A stretch of 61,393 nt of DNA, counting the filler, from Dugesia japonica (lineage: Eukaryota), in assembly GCA_001938525.1 (NCBI GenBank). It is 5 parts of 5 records of this genome, joined end to end, with 100 filler letters (N's around TTAATTAATTAA, not from the genome) between each part and the next. Parts side by side here need not be neighbours in the genome. Positions count along the whole stretch, not along the records: positions 1 to 17,669 come from MQRL01572412.1; 4 more parts are not named here. One strand, 5' to 3'. Made by a program: the position numbers and the translations under genes. This document shows positions 1-13,364 of this stretch, piece by piece; the stretch's first letter is position 1, and every line of letters begins with the position of its first letter. Below the pieces are notes generated by a model, which searched no databases, was not told where the DNA came from, and saw only the letters and a program-made list of their open reading frames with translations.

Positions 1-39
1 AAGGGATACAATAAAGAACATAACAATTAATTGACTCAC

Positions 40-3000
40 GTGATATCACCGGGATAAATTTTCAATTTTTCTGTGTTGTGTTCTTTTGTTTCTTTATGTC
101 TCAACATGATTGCGGGTCTTTTACTATCATATTTCAATTGACTTTTGAATGATGCTACATCAGTTATTGGACGTTGCGATCCATCTGTAAGATAAAATCA
201 TCTTTTTAAATTATGGTATGGAACTAATAATCAAATTGAAAAAATTTAATGCATTACAATAATATTAACCGGAACTTCTTTATTAAACAATCATGAAATC
301 AATTAAATCAATTTTGATCTAACTAATAAAAAAATATTTTTTCAACTTGTAAGCGAAAATTCAAAATATTGATTTTGAGAAAAATTATTTTCAAATTTTT
401 AATTTTAATCAACATAAATCTGGACTGTGTTTTGTAGTTATCTATAGAGTTCGTGCCACTAATACTTCTTCCAACTACGATATCAGCCAGACATATACTG
501 ATCGTCCTCTACTGCGCGGCGTTCATTGAAATTTGTATTTCTGGTAATATATGTACCCAATTTGAGGTTTCTCTTTTCTGAATTGTAGTATTAAATAAAT
601 CTCGTATGGTTCTAAGATTTCTTTTACTTAATCTATTTGCACTAGGATAATAGGAATTCGAAAAGAATTTAATATAAAAATCTTCAAATAAATCTGGAAT
701 CCAAAGCTTTCCACCAATCTAGTCTTATCTCTGGACTTCAAATCTCAATATCCACTTCTCAAAATGGATTTTCATATTGTTTTCTCGTCTTGTTTTGGTA
801 ATCTTATAAGAACCTCAATTTTAATAATTTTGACCATCGTCAATAGACTGGATTCGTCTTCATCGAGCAAATTATCACCCTAACCCAATCAAACTGATCA
901 ACCTGAGGAATAAAATATGACTGAAATCACCTAAAAACGACAAGATTGTTTAGATTCGACTTCCCCGAGTAACTTATTAACGAAATTTGCCAAAAACCAG
1001 CCAAAAATATACCTAATTCGACCTCATCAAGCAAATTTGCAACCAANTTCATCTAAAAACCACATAAAAATAGACCGAATCGACAACACCAAGTAAATTA
1101 TCAATCAAAAAAAATTAGCAGCTCAGTCAACGGTGGAAATTCAAGGAGAGATGGTCAGGTTATTTTGCGCCGTTATCTACTTACTAGTTAGATAGTGGCG
1201 CACCAGATCACCCCCACTTACCCCTTGTGTGGAAAATCTATTGTGTAAGTGATTTACTATTTTCAAGCTTTTCAAGCGGCGACAATTTTCACACATATTA
1301 TGTAATCGTATTAATTTCATTGTTGCGATTATTATTTAAGTGGTTAAGTGATTTGCTATTTTTAGTATTTTTTAGGCTTTTTAGGCTTAAAAGAATCTTA
1401 AAGATAACTTATTTTCTAAATCACAACTATTCATTTGAGACATATTTACAATTTATTTAAAAATTAATAACTATAAATATATTTAATGTATAATTTTATT
1501 TTATCTTCAAATATTTTCTTGGAGTTATACTCTTTTCATTAAAAATAATTTTTGTAAAACTAAATTCGATAAAATAATGAAGAAAATCAATAATATTCCT
1601 AAAGGAATAAGAAATATTCATAGAATTAATAAAAATTAATAAATTGAATAAAAACCTATAAATAGAAAACTAAATTGGAATTATGAAAACTGTATAATTA
1701 ATAATAAATAAATTGACCTTTTTCATTAATTTCCACCATATAATACTCGTCAGTTTTTCCTGGGAGATAAAATGATTTGAGACATTGCTCCACCGCATTC
1801 TGTGACGACATTGCTTTGTTAAAATTGAAACAACGATAGCTTTTACGCTTCAGGCTACTATTTCCATCGAAAACTTTCACGTACTCTAAATCAACCAATA
1901 ACTAATTAACTTTGCGATATAACAATTTAATTATTAATTTTATTTTTCTGAAAAAAAACTAGTTTTTTTCATCAATTTTTACAGAGAAATTATATAATAA
2001 TTGTAAATTTTGAAATTGAAAATAATTATTTTGTTTTAATTATAGAACAATTATGAATTTAAAGCATTTATAATAAGCACGATATTTTTACACTGAAAGG
2101 GAAAATCTATTTATAAATTACCAACCCCACAAACAAATTAACTAGAATCAAACAAATAAAATATAATGAGTTATCTTGAGTATTGATTAGGTTGAAAATT
2201 TCCATTTTCCTCTACAAATATTAGAGAAATATGTCAAGTTAGTAATAATCTACTTACTAATAACTATATAGCATGTCTTTATCACCCGTCATTTATTGGT
2301 TATTAGAATAATATTTATTTTGTAAAGAAAATGTCAAGAACTCGTTGGAATTTACTAACAACACTATTAAGAAATGAGACATAATGAAAAATGATATGGG
2401 CAAATATAAACATAGGAAAAGATGGGAAAATTTGTGATGTAATTTAATTTCAAACATTTATTTTTGCGATGAAGAATCCTTCAAATATTATTATTATAAA
2501 ATGAAGATCAAGTATTAGTAACATTTTTGAACCGAAACTTGTCAGATAGATAATACTTCAGTGATCAGATGTTCCACATTTAAAACTGTATAAGGCATGT
2601 TGTTGCTAGACGAAATCACCAAAGAGAGTGCCGCCTGCATACATATCACTTACATACAATGTTCCCTATAAGCTATGCGCATGCGCGGCCACGCAAATTT
2701 AGGAAAATTTCCACGCAAAAACAATATTTGTCGCGCACAGAATACAATCTGATAAAAATGTAATATTAACTCATTTTACTATTTTATTTAAGTTTTATTT
2801 TTTCTAAAAAATGATGTGCCAATTAAATTTGATCTTATTATAGATTATAATTATCAAAAATTCTTTCAGTTGATTAGGAGGTAGCACTTTATATTCAAGT
2901 ACTTAGGTTTGAATAAATTTGTTATTTCAGTGTCTGGTCTATATGTAATGTCAATAGGTATTAAATTTTGAGAGCCCAAATTTTCCCAAACTTTAAAAAA

Positions 3001-6000
3001 ATGCCCAAGTAACATTTTTTTTCACGCATTGCCGTTAAAAATTAGTGGGAACATTTGCTTGCATACATGCTTTTGTTATTATTGCACGTGTGATAAATGC
3101 TTGTTTAATTTTAGAGATAATATATTTTCCTCCAACGGAGGAACACTCGCTAAATATTGCTTTTTATTTTTATTTATAGTATTCAAATCACGTGTATTAA
3201 AATATGCGGGATCAACAGGTATTAAACATGACACGATAAACATGCCGAGTAAACACCTTAGTAAACCAGAGAAATTATATTACTGGGTATTGTAGATCAG
3301 ATGTCGTCAGGAAATTAGCTAAAAGGAATAAAAAATCTTTTAACTTATTTTGAGTTTCCCTTTGACGATCTAATGATAAAAACTCTACAAAGGCAAATAA
3401 TTCTAAGAGAAATTGAAAGGACGTATACGGATAGCCTCAAATATGCAAGATTTCAGGTACGAAGTGGTGGATTCTTTCCTGCCATAATAATATGTAAGGT
3501 TATATCTAATTAAATACGAGTCAGACTCAGTCAACACTGTTCATGTTATAAGTACTAACCTAACATATAAATGAGAGGTAATGTTTATTAGATAATCTCG
3601 ATAAATTTTCAAATTTTCGGAATTATTTCCTTATATTGTAATAAATATTATTGAGGAATACGCGGCTAATGATTATTATTTTCGTCTTTAGAGATATCCA
3701 TCTTATACAAACCAAAAATTAAAATGTATTAATATAAAATAATTCTTTAAGCAAATACTTCTAATGAAAAAATGGATTATGAGAAAATCACAACTTTTAC
3801 AAAAACAGTACTGAAAATAAAAATGTCAAAAAATAATATTAATTTTAGATTCTTTGTAAAATTTTCGTTACCATTAATTTAATACAATATGAATAAATCC
3901 AAAAATTTTAACATTTTAAAAATTCAGCACTCTACAGTTGATTTATTCATTTGAAGTTATACGTAAAAATTAATGGCAATTTACAATTTTTTTAAAATAA
4001 TAATTTATTTAATTGTTTAAATTTAATAATTAAATCATATATTAAATTATTTCCATTTAATCATTAGATCATATAAGCATTTATTTATTTAGTAATCATT
4101 TGAATCTATTGATAGTTTCAAACAGAGATTCCTAATCTAAGACCCATATTTATTTTTAAGCAGCTCTCGTTTCTTTACACCTTACAAAATTTATACGAAA
4201 CCAAAACAACATAGTTGACCTTTCACGCAGAAAAATAATATTAAAAAATTATTTCTTAAAAACAAGCGAAAACATCACATTAAGTGAAATATGTGCATAT
4301 GTTACATCGATATTATATACATATACTCATATGTATTTGTATGGAAAAGTATAAAATAATAAACGTAATGCTTTAAATAAATTAATGCCTATTTAAATTT
4401 TTATTTTATATTANNNNNNNNNNNNNNNNNNNNNNNNNNNNNNNNNNNNNNNNNNNNNNNNNNNNNNNNNNNNNNNNNNNNNNNNNNNNNNNNNNNNNNN
4501 NNNNNNNNNNNNNNNNNNNNNNNNNNNNNNNNNNNNNNNNNNNNNNNNNNNNNNNNNNNNNNNATTTTTATTTTCTATTTTTCTATTTTTTAATTTTTTC
4601 TAAATATATTTTTATTTTATATTTTTATTTTTTATTTTTATTTTATATTTATATTTTAAATTTTTATTTTCTATTTTTATTTTCTATTTTTATTTTCTAT
4701 TTTTATTTTCTTTTTTTTTTATTTACAGCACAAACAAGGTATGAATTCTAGATGCAAAATTATTACATAAAAATTTATTCAATGGATCTAAGGCTTCCAA
4801 TACCGGAACAGTTTTCCAGGACCGGGATGGCGGCGCTGAAAATTTACAGTCCCGGGATCCCGGTTCTGGCGCATGTATTAACGGATTTTCGATAATTAAA
4901 AAAACAAATAAAATACCAACTCAAAAATATATTTTTAATTCATAATTTATGAGTAAGGATAATCAAGTGACGCTTCTTAGTTATTCATTCAAATTCTCTG
5001 ACTGAAAGTAAGATCTTAAAAAGCTTAATATGTCCAAGCTCTCGTCGTTCAATGATGTTCGGATTTTAGTCTCAATTTTGCCACATCCAGAAAAAAACCC
5101 GTTCAGATTCCACACTGGCAGGCGGAATTGAATTTAAATCGTTGTAGCACCTTTCAAGGTTCGGTTCCCACTTTGCCTCAATTTTGAAATTTATCAGCTC
5201 TTTATTTACAATAATACTAATATCTTTCATCGAGCATGCTTTTGATGTGATTTTAGCATTGATTTCGTTTTTAATAGCTCGATCAAGTTTTTCTTGTAGA
5301 GAAAGTGGCGATTCGACTTCCTCAGCGGCTTCAATTTCTTCCTCCGGAACAATTTTACAATAGTTCTAACTTTTCGGATTAATGGATGTAAGTTATCCGC
5401 CAGCTCCAGCGCGTCTGCTTCACTAACAATTTGAAATCCTTGCCTTCATCTTCATCGTCTGATTAGCTGTCAGCTCTATCTACAGCTATTTCCTTCGATG
5501 CAGATTTGGGTTTCTTGTAGAGGACATCTAAGACTGCTAAATGCATAGCATGGGCTAAACAAAGTTGTTGCAAGCAAGCAATTTTCCCACTTTTTCCATA
5601 AGAGGGCCACCGTCCGTCGTAATACACACAATATCCTTGTGTAAATCTAATCCAAACAACTTTAATCTTTCCTCTCTGCTGGCAATGATTCATGCACTCG
5701 GGCCAATCCCAAGTTCCAAAACTGATTTTGATGTGCGCATTCACGTTTAGGTAACGACGATTTTTAATCGAAGTCCATTCGTCNAAAGTAAGACTGAAAC
5801 GTTTACCTTCAGTCTTTAATTTTTGAAATTCAGTCTTATACTTTTGTCGAATACTATTACCATATTTTATGACTAGGTCTCGTATTGTCACAGAAGATTT
5901 TGGAACATGAAACCCACGAGCCAAGAGCGATTTGCATAACTCGATTGACGTGATGAAAATGCTGAATGGGAGACCATCACTTGCTGTCATACGGGCCAGT

Positions 6001-7428
6001 ACTGCTTCCAGATATTTGTCACAAAATGCGAGATACTTTTGGATTGAGCCATAACTTGTTGGATTTCCCAGATTGCTTTGCTTTGCTGGTGGTTCTACAT
6101 TTGCTGATAGGGGTCTCTTTAACTTTATATTGGAGTGCATTGATGACAAGTGCTTATGGAGACCACTTGTGGATTTTCCAGCCATCTTCAATATCTTGTG
6201 ACATATTTTACATTTGCCAAATTCTCCTGATGTTTCACGTAAAAAATTCTCCGAAATTGGCGTTTTTTCAATCGTAGTTTGGCTGCACTCATGAAAAATT
6301 AACTTTTTGTTTTCTGACATGGCTGTAAAACATTAAATTTAAAATTAAAATTAAATTTAAAATTAAAATTAACATTAAAATTAAAAGAAAAGTATTTTCA
6401 TTCAATTAACATCAATAATTACATCATCAATTATTAATAATAATGTAAAAATATCAAAAAAATAATAACTTAAATTGACTTTAAACTTTGGTACACAAAA
6501 TTTATAGAAATATTTTAATTAACAAAAAATTAATTTGAGTAGATCAATATTTACAATTAGGTTGACAAGTCAAAATGAGCATTTTATTTTTGTAAAAAAA
6601 AGTAAGATAAAAGAATAAAGTAGATCTTTCGTGAAAAGTTTACAAAATATTGGTGAGATTCTAGTTAGTTTAATATTTAAAGTAGTAAAACTATTCATAA
6701 ATAAGAAGCAGATGGCAAATATTTTTTTAAGGTTTTCTTTTACAACGATATTTTAGTAACTGCAAACAGAGGAAAACTTACACCTATAATATTTCTTGAA
6801 CCAATTTTAAATTCTTTGTTCAATTGTCGTTGTGTTTATTTTGAGCAATTGGATGATAATAAAGAAAAATCGATACCAGTACCGGAATACCGGGATTGTG
6901 TAAATCTCAGCACCGGGATTATGGTGACAGGAAAATGTCCGGGATCCCAGTATTGAAGCCTTAAATGGATCCAAGAGAAACTTTTTTCACCTGACTCTTC
7001 ATATATTTCGAATTTCCCTACCGACTATTTTACTTAAAATGATTGGTAACCTACAGTTTAAATAATAAAGTGGCTTTTGAGTGTCGATGGGCAAATGAAA
7101 TTGGGAAAACGTCAAATAAATAAATAAATATATATATAGCTACTTATTTCTTAAAAACCAAAAATTCTCTAACTAGTATTTTGTTCAGTATTAATACAAG
7201 AAACTAAATTAGAAACACCCTTGCTATGTTAAACATTACCAAATATCACTCACATTTACTTAAACTTTCTATTTAGTAGGTATCGAAATAATATTTTAGT
7301 GTATTGAAATGATTTATACTTACCATCTGATGACTCTTTTTCGGATTGTTCCTTTGGCGATCTTTTTTCAACAAAACTGTCTTCTTTGCTTTCTTCGTCA
7401 CTGGACCATGTGCCAGGAGCAAAGCGAG
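40..7428 (-). CDS. DGKQ: Partial host gene, diacylglycerol kinase theta-like; exons 7428-7324, 1885-1718, 184-40
   Basis: Three AG/GT-bounded exons join in compatible phase: ...KESSD-EYVKVFDGNSSLKRKSYR...YYMVEINEK-DGSQRP...KRPAIMLRHK...LKIYPGDIT. The VKVFDGN and KIYPG blocks resemble the region after the C1 domains of DGK-theta/C. elegans DGK-1. Confidence 0.6.
430..830 (-). pseudogene. LTR-retrotransposon integrase remnant
   Basis: Minus-strand pieces SYYPSANRLVKR and WVHILPEIQISMN resemble the rve integrase core; frames are broken. Confidence 0.5.
845..1110. repeat. Degenerate ~60-65 bp tandem repeat
   Basis: Recurring units such as ATTCGACYTC..C(G/A)AG(C/T)AAATT...AAAAAT; related sequence occurs in the opposite orientation at ~13740-13830. 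Confidence 0.5.
2657..3057. mobile_element. Non-autonomous hAT-like MITE
   Basis: Termini CAATGTTCCC...GGGAACATTTG, flanked by a near-identical 8-bp TSD: CTTACATA (2649-2656) and CTTGCATA (3058-3065). Confidence 0.65.
4789..6963 (-). mobile_element. hAT DNA transposon, internally deleted, with TIRs and perfect 8-bp TSD
   Basis: TIRs TAAGGCTT(C)CAATAC / GTATTGAAGCCTTA; TSD AATGGATC at 4781-4788 and 6964-6971; CCGGGAT-rich subterminal repeats. Confidence 0.92.
4990..6320 (-). pseudogene. hAT transposase (BED finger), frameshifted and deleted
   Basis: BED finger CKICHK...LHKHLSSMH, SLTxDEWTS, CLAHAMHL and C-terminal dimerisation motif IPPASVESERV; too short for a full transposase. Confidence 0.9.
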
Positions 7429-8789
7429 CTAAAAATATTTAAAATACTTCATAAAATTTATATAAGAATTTTAGTAAGAATAAGTATTAAAAAATGTATA
7501 AATCATTTTTCATGGCAACGATATTATGAGTTAAATTAGGTAAGCTAAAATAAAAATCAATTTAACCTTAAAAATAATCGAATTCATTTATTACAAATAA
7601 ATCCAAGAATTTAAGATAATAATTCAATATTTTGATCAAACTTTTCTAAGACTAACTAACAACAGAAAAAGTTGAGATTTGTTTACTGTAATAATATTTC
7701 TCTTTATTTTAAATAATTTACATATTTTGGCAATTATTTCACAAAAATTTATTTAACTGAAAAATAATCGATTTACAATTTTCATTTAAAAATCAATTTC
7801 AATAGTTTTCAATTCTCATTGATTTTTAACTGAAGTATTTTTTTATTTTCATTCCTGTAATCTATATCATATTTTAAGTAAAGGAAACAAAATTATACTT
7901 TTTCATTGGTTGAAAAATATACCAGGTGAAAATAAAGTCACAAAAATATTTTCAAAAAATCAAAAATATTTAAATTCTACCACTATGTGGTTAATTTCGA
8001 TTATATTAATTAAATTAAATACACACTGATTTGAATGATCTAAAGAAATACATCAAGTAACAATGTGAAAATTAGACGTCGATTTCTTCATTTGTTAATA
8101 AGCGAGTAAAACTTTGGGTATACGTTGTCATGAAAGAGTACTTTTCTGCTTATAATATGTATAAAACAATATTTTTGCTTTTACTTCTATCAAATAAAAT
8201 TATTAAATTTAGTTTAATTCAACATGACACGCGAAATAGCAAAGTAAAACAAAAATATAAGCATTTATTATTATTATTATTATTAGTTAAATTCAAAACC
8301 TCACAACTTTCCATAAATTGTATTTATTATTACAAATGTTTTTGATTAAGATAAAATTTATGTCAAGAATAATTCATAGTATTCAAACAAATAATCTGAG
8401 AAATGTTTCAATAAAATATTTTACAAATATAGATTGTTTTAATTTTATGAAATATTCTACTTTACATAATAATTTCTTAAAATAAATTAAAAAAATTGAT
8501 TTAATTTTATGAAATATTTTATTTTACATGTTTTAAAAATAAATTTTAATATTATAAATATAAAAATTAAAGAAAGATTTTTCAGATATTTAAATTTATG
8601 AATGATTCTTACAATTATTATTATTAATTAATACATTTTTAAAAATCTGTAATTAACGGCTATTCAAATAAAATTACATCAAGATATTCAAATATAAAAT
8701 TCAATAAAAATTAAAGAAAAAAACAAATATAGTAATTAAATTACATTTTAATTAATGAGAAATAGACTCAAATCATGCAAAATATACTA

Positions 8790-8945
8790 CAATCAAACCC
8801 GCTTAAGTAGATACCGATTAAATGGATAACCCAGTTAAGTGGAAATAAAACGGATAGTCCTTATTTTTCTCGTAAAAATAACGAAAGTTACCACTACTTA
8901 AACGAATGATAATTAAGTTAATAAACCCGCTTAACTGGATAATAT
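8790..8945. mobile_element. pogo/Tigger-like terminal fragment
   Basis: TA followed by CAATCAAACCCGCTTAAGT, with repeated CCGCTTAAxTGGATA subterminal motifs. Confidence 0.4.
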
Positions 8946-10165
8946 TTCAAAACAGTTTCTAATCTGAAAATTTTTGTCTTGTCGTTAGGGGGGTGTGCAT
9001 TCNNNNNNNNNNNNNNNNNNNNNNNNNNNNNNNNNNNNNNNNNNNNNNNNNNNNNNNNNNNNNNNNNNNNNNNNNNNNNNNNNNNNNNNNNNNNNNNNNN
9101 NNNNNNNNNNNNNNNNNTTTTTCGATTTTTCCTCGTCTAGAAATTACCAATGATAATTAATGAGAGTATATATTAAAAACAATTGAATGTATTTAATTAA
9201 AAATGTTGATTTTTTATCGTGTTACGTAGATTAACTTTATAATTTGTTGAGATTTCGACTGATCAAAAATATTTTTGACTATTGTGACTTTTTGATCAAA
9301 TTTTGGACTATTTCGACTTCATAAATTTTAAAATAAGATACTTTTACGTAGTAAAAGGTATTTTTACATATTATTAAAATGTTTTTATTGATTTAAAGTA
9401 ATGCAATTTACTTTATTGACAAAAATTGCTCTAATAATTATATTTATAATATAGCTATAATTGTTATAACATATGTCAATATATCAATACCGTAAATCAA
9501 ATTCAATATAAAAAGGAAATATGAAAATTGATATCGTTGATTATTTAAAATAATAATTCAACATTATATCCGTTTCCGAGATGTTGTTAAATTTATTAAT
9601 TTAATAAATTGTCGAAATCAAGAAAAGAATTTTTTGTCAAAAGGAACTGTACAGGTTTATACAAATATTTAAACATTATTCGAATGACAAATAAATATTA
9701 ATAATAATATTTATGGAATGGATATTATATGACACTAAGTAAATTATTTATGTATAAATTTTGCCTCAATATTTCAATAAAATAATTAAAGAAACTTAAT
9801 TATCCTAATCAACATATAAAATCAAATGTAAAGAAGTTATATATTGCATACCTTTCAAAATAAATTTTCTTAGAATTTATATATAACTTTACTAGTGAAG
9901 TAATTTACTATCAAACAGTAATAATTTTTCATTTTGAATCAACATGTTCTTGTCATTCAGTTTGTACCATGATTTCTTATTGGATTTATTAACAATTTTA
10001 GGTTTCAATACATTTGGCATTTATTTATAAATACATAAATGTTGATAACATATAGAACACCTAATTAAAATTTGCACTAGCAAATTAATGAATGGCATAT
10101 CCACTTTCTAGTTGGTAATTGTTCTAGACAAACTCGGTTATCACTAATTTATTACTAATATTTAA

Positions 10166-10229
<64 letters not shown>

Positions 10230-10279
10230 NNNNNNNNNNNNNNNNNNNNNNNNNNNNNNNNNNNNNNNNNNNNNNNNNN

Positions 10280-10346
<67 letters not shown>
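10166..10346. repeat. (TTA)n microsatellite spanning a gap
   Basis: Seen directly. Confidence 0.95.
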
Positions 10347-10347
<1 letters not shown>

Positions 10348-10349
10348 CA

Positions 10350-11290
10350 GTTACTGAGGTTACTAAGGTTATTGATATGAAATTTCGACCGGAGAAATGT
10401 GCTTAAATTCTATATCCAAATATTAACATGTCTAGTGTTGTAAGTATTTATAACATAAAAATTAAAAAACTACTTAGTAATGAATTTTATTATTATCTTG
10501 GTGTTCCTGTTGGAGATCGTAATGATCAAACACAGTTTAAAAATTGATAACTGATGCTGATAAACTGGCATATTGTGAATTGTTTGATGGGCCGAAATTT
10601 TACATTCTCGTCTTGTTGTTCCTTTTAGAAAACGTGAAACCAAAACAAGTGCATTATCCATTCGTTTTGGTAACAGTAACTGTAGTTTTAATTTTATACA
10701 GAGCACGCACAAAAACACTTTCAATAAACGCTCGACCTAAACACATTACTTTGAATAAGAGACTATATCGTCGAAGTGATTCTCACAATGAAACAATTTT
10801 AAATGTCCTAAAAAGTTGTGAGATTAAGAAATCTTTAGTTGCAAAACGTCATAATGCATGCATTGAAATAATTATTCCATACAAAAAATACCCTGACTTA
10901 ATAATTGTAATTGATCGTACGTGTTCTTCGGTTCCAAATTCATTAGAACGCTTTCATATTATGATCACTAATTCGGAAAAGAAAAGAGTATTTCTGGGTG
11001 ACTCAGTTGAAGGCTTGTTAAAAGTATATGAAGGGTATAAAATGAAATATGATTATTTTAAAAACAAAATACAATAAGAAAAACCCGGTTATTATGTAGA
11101 ATAGTACACCTGTGTAATAGGATCTTTAGAAACTATTCCAACTAAGATTTACAAAATCATTCTGAAAATTAGTGTACCAAAGAGCTCAATAAATAAATTT
11201 TTAATAAAATGTGTTATTTCCAATATACTATATTCTGTGCGTATTTGGCAAATTCATATATCAGGAACAAACAAGAATTTTTAAAGTTCT
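10350..11290 (+). mobile_element. 3' remnant of a REL-endonuclease non-LTR retrotransposon (R2/NeSL/R4-like)
   Basis: MKFRPEKC (end of RT); ORF 10544-11077 contains ETILNVLKSC...KRHN (degenerate CCHC plus RHN) followed by a degenerate restriction-like endonuclease region. Confidence 0.7.
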
Positions 11291-12155
11291 ATTGAATAAA
11301 TTTTACAAAATTTGACTATTAATTATAATTTAAAATTTACACGTTAAAAAATACAATAAATAAAAATTGTTGTTTAAATATTTAATTAGTTCAAATATTT
11401 CTGAATTAAAATGCATGCAATGTGTTCAAATACAAAACCAGATAAATCAATATGTAGAAATGAATTTTTCAAGTGATGCAAGGGTTTTACATATTAAAAG
11501 AATTATTAAATAACTTTCATAATTATTTAAACACAAAAATGAGAGAAGCAGAAAATAATGAAGTAGAATTAATTCTTTTAAATGTAAATCAAATTTCATT
11601 ATAATAATCTGAAAACGTATCAATTATTGGTGGATCATAATTAAAACTTACATTTACTTCTAAATCAATAATTAATTCTACAACGAAGATAATAAATGTT
11701 TCTATTGGGAAATATTAGAATCTTTAAAATTGAACGATCCCAATCCGAGTAAAACTCCACTAATTCTAACATTTTATAAATAAACAATTATAAATATATC
11801 TAACTGAATTGATGAATGACCTAAGTTCTATAGGAAATAGTAAATATCCAATTTCATTAGATTATATTAATAAGTTTGATAAACAGAATTACCTCCAGTA
11901 GAAAGATTATACAATGAAATATTTAAAGATGAATGTTTTACTGTTAGCAGAATTGATAAAATTTTAAAAAATGTTGTTTAGAAATTTATGAAATATACAT
12001 ATAGCGACCCAGGTTTAGCATGGCTCTCCAATTTAAAATACAGTGGAACACATTTCAAATATTTTAAAGAAGAAACATGACAAGTTATTATTTTTTGAAG
12101 AAGTTATCACTGAAAGACTTGAAAGTTTTCATAAGTCATCGATTAAATATTGGTT

Positions 12156-12932
12156 TTAAAGTTGATCACTCAAATTTTCTATGATCCCTATAATGAAATC
12201 TTTATCAACCATATTGTTTCTGGCATACATAGGCTTTTCTGCAAATACTAGTTTTGAATACTGGCCATACATTGAAAAACTTTTTCTATCATTATATATG
12301 GCTTGACAACTAAACCGTTTAAAAGAACCATTAAAGGATTTAATGGGTGGATTTGTAGATGGCGCGTGTCGAAAAGATCTTTCATACCAGTGTTTATTAC
12401 TTTTAATTGTCAATCTTTCAAAGTTCGTAAAAAAAGTAGCGCATTGTTTGATTTTTGATATTTTTCATACAATTTTTTGTACATAATAAAAAATATTTCT
12501 TCTGTTGGAGCCCTTTGAATAATATCAATTTCATGAAGAATCATGTTCGAATAGTTTTTTGTTGTAGCAGAGTCCTTTTGTATCTCCCTTAACATGAAAC
12601 CAATAATGCAATCTTGTACCATCTCTAAATGTCTTCTTCATTAGAGAATCTAACTGGTGCAAGATCCGCTGTAAAAGTTTGTAAATTAAAACAAACTTTT
12701 TCTAACAAACAAAAATCAATAAATTTCTTTTAAGTTTCTTCAAATACAAATGACAAAAAATCTTATGAAAAGTTCTGTTGGCATCAGAACATCCAAATAC
12801 TTCTAGTGGGAAATCGGAGTCCATTATCTTATATGTTCCATCTATATGATAATTCTTTGCTATTGACACTTTCTTAATTGTTGCTTTTGTGGTTAATAAC
12901 AAATAACATTTGTTTTCATTTAGACGATACAA
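12156..12932 (-). pseudogene. MULE/Mutator transposase remnant
   Basis: HIDGTYK..FPLEVFGCSDANRTFH and STNPPIKSFNGSFK in broken frames. Confidence 0.75.
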
Positions 12933-13089
12933 TATATTGTCATCAATTAATTTAGCGTAAAGCTGATTAAATTAGCATGCATTTAATTAATATTTCTTTA
13001 TTAAATTTGAAAATGTCTTTAAAACAGAAAAATTATTTTGATTTTTTATGAATTTTAAAATTTTAAAATTTCTAAATTTATTTTTCATT

Positions 13090-13130
13090 TTATCTGATGA
13101 TGACGGTTGATCCGTCGAAATATATCATAA
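13090..13130 (+). ncRNA. Minimal type I hammerhead ribozyme (Penelope pLTR-type)
   Basis: TTAT-CTGATGA-T-GACGG/TTGAT/CCGTC-GAAA-TATA-TC-ATAA: both core boxes, 5-bp stem II, palindromic short stem III, NUH cleavage triplet, 4-bp stem I. Confidence 0.75.
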
Positions 13131-13364
13131 TAAAGTTTTATTTATTTATTTATTAGCGTTATTTATTTTTTATCAAAAATTTTCCATCGTTTAATACGCT
13201 TATTATTATTTTCGTTAATGGAAGTACGTTACTAAGTAACCATAATAGGCTATTTAAGATTCATTAAAGCCAAGTAACTGAAAAAGTCGATTAACTGTGA
13301 TCGTTCTAGATTAAATTAATTTTTTTTACCAACAGAGGAGGAAGGGGTTACGAAAACTCAGTAG

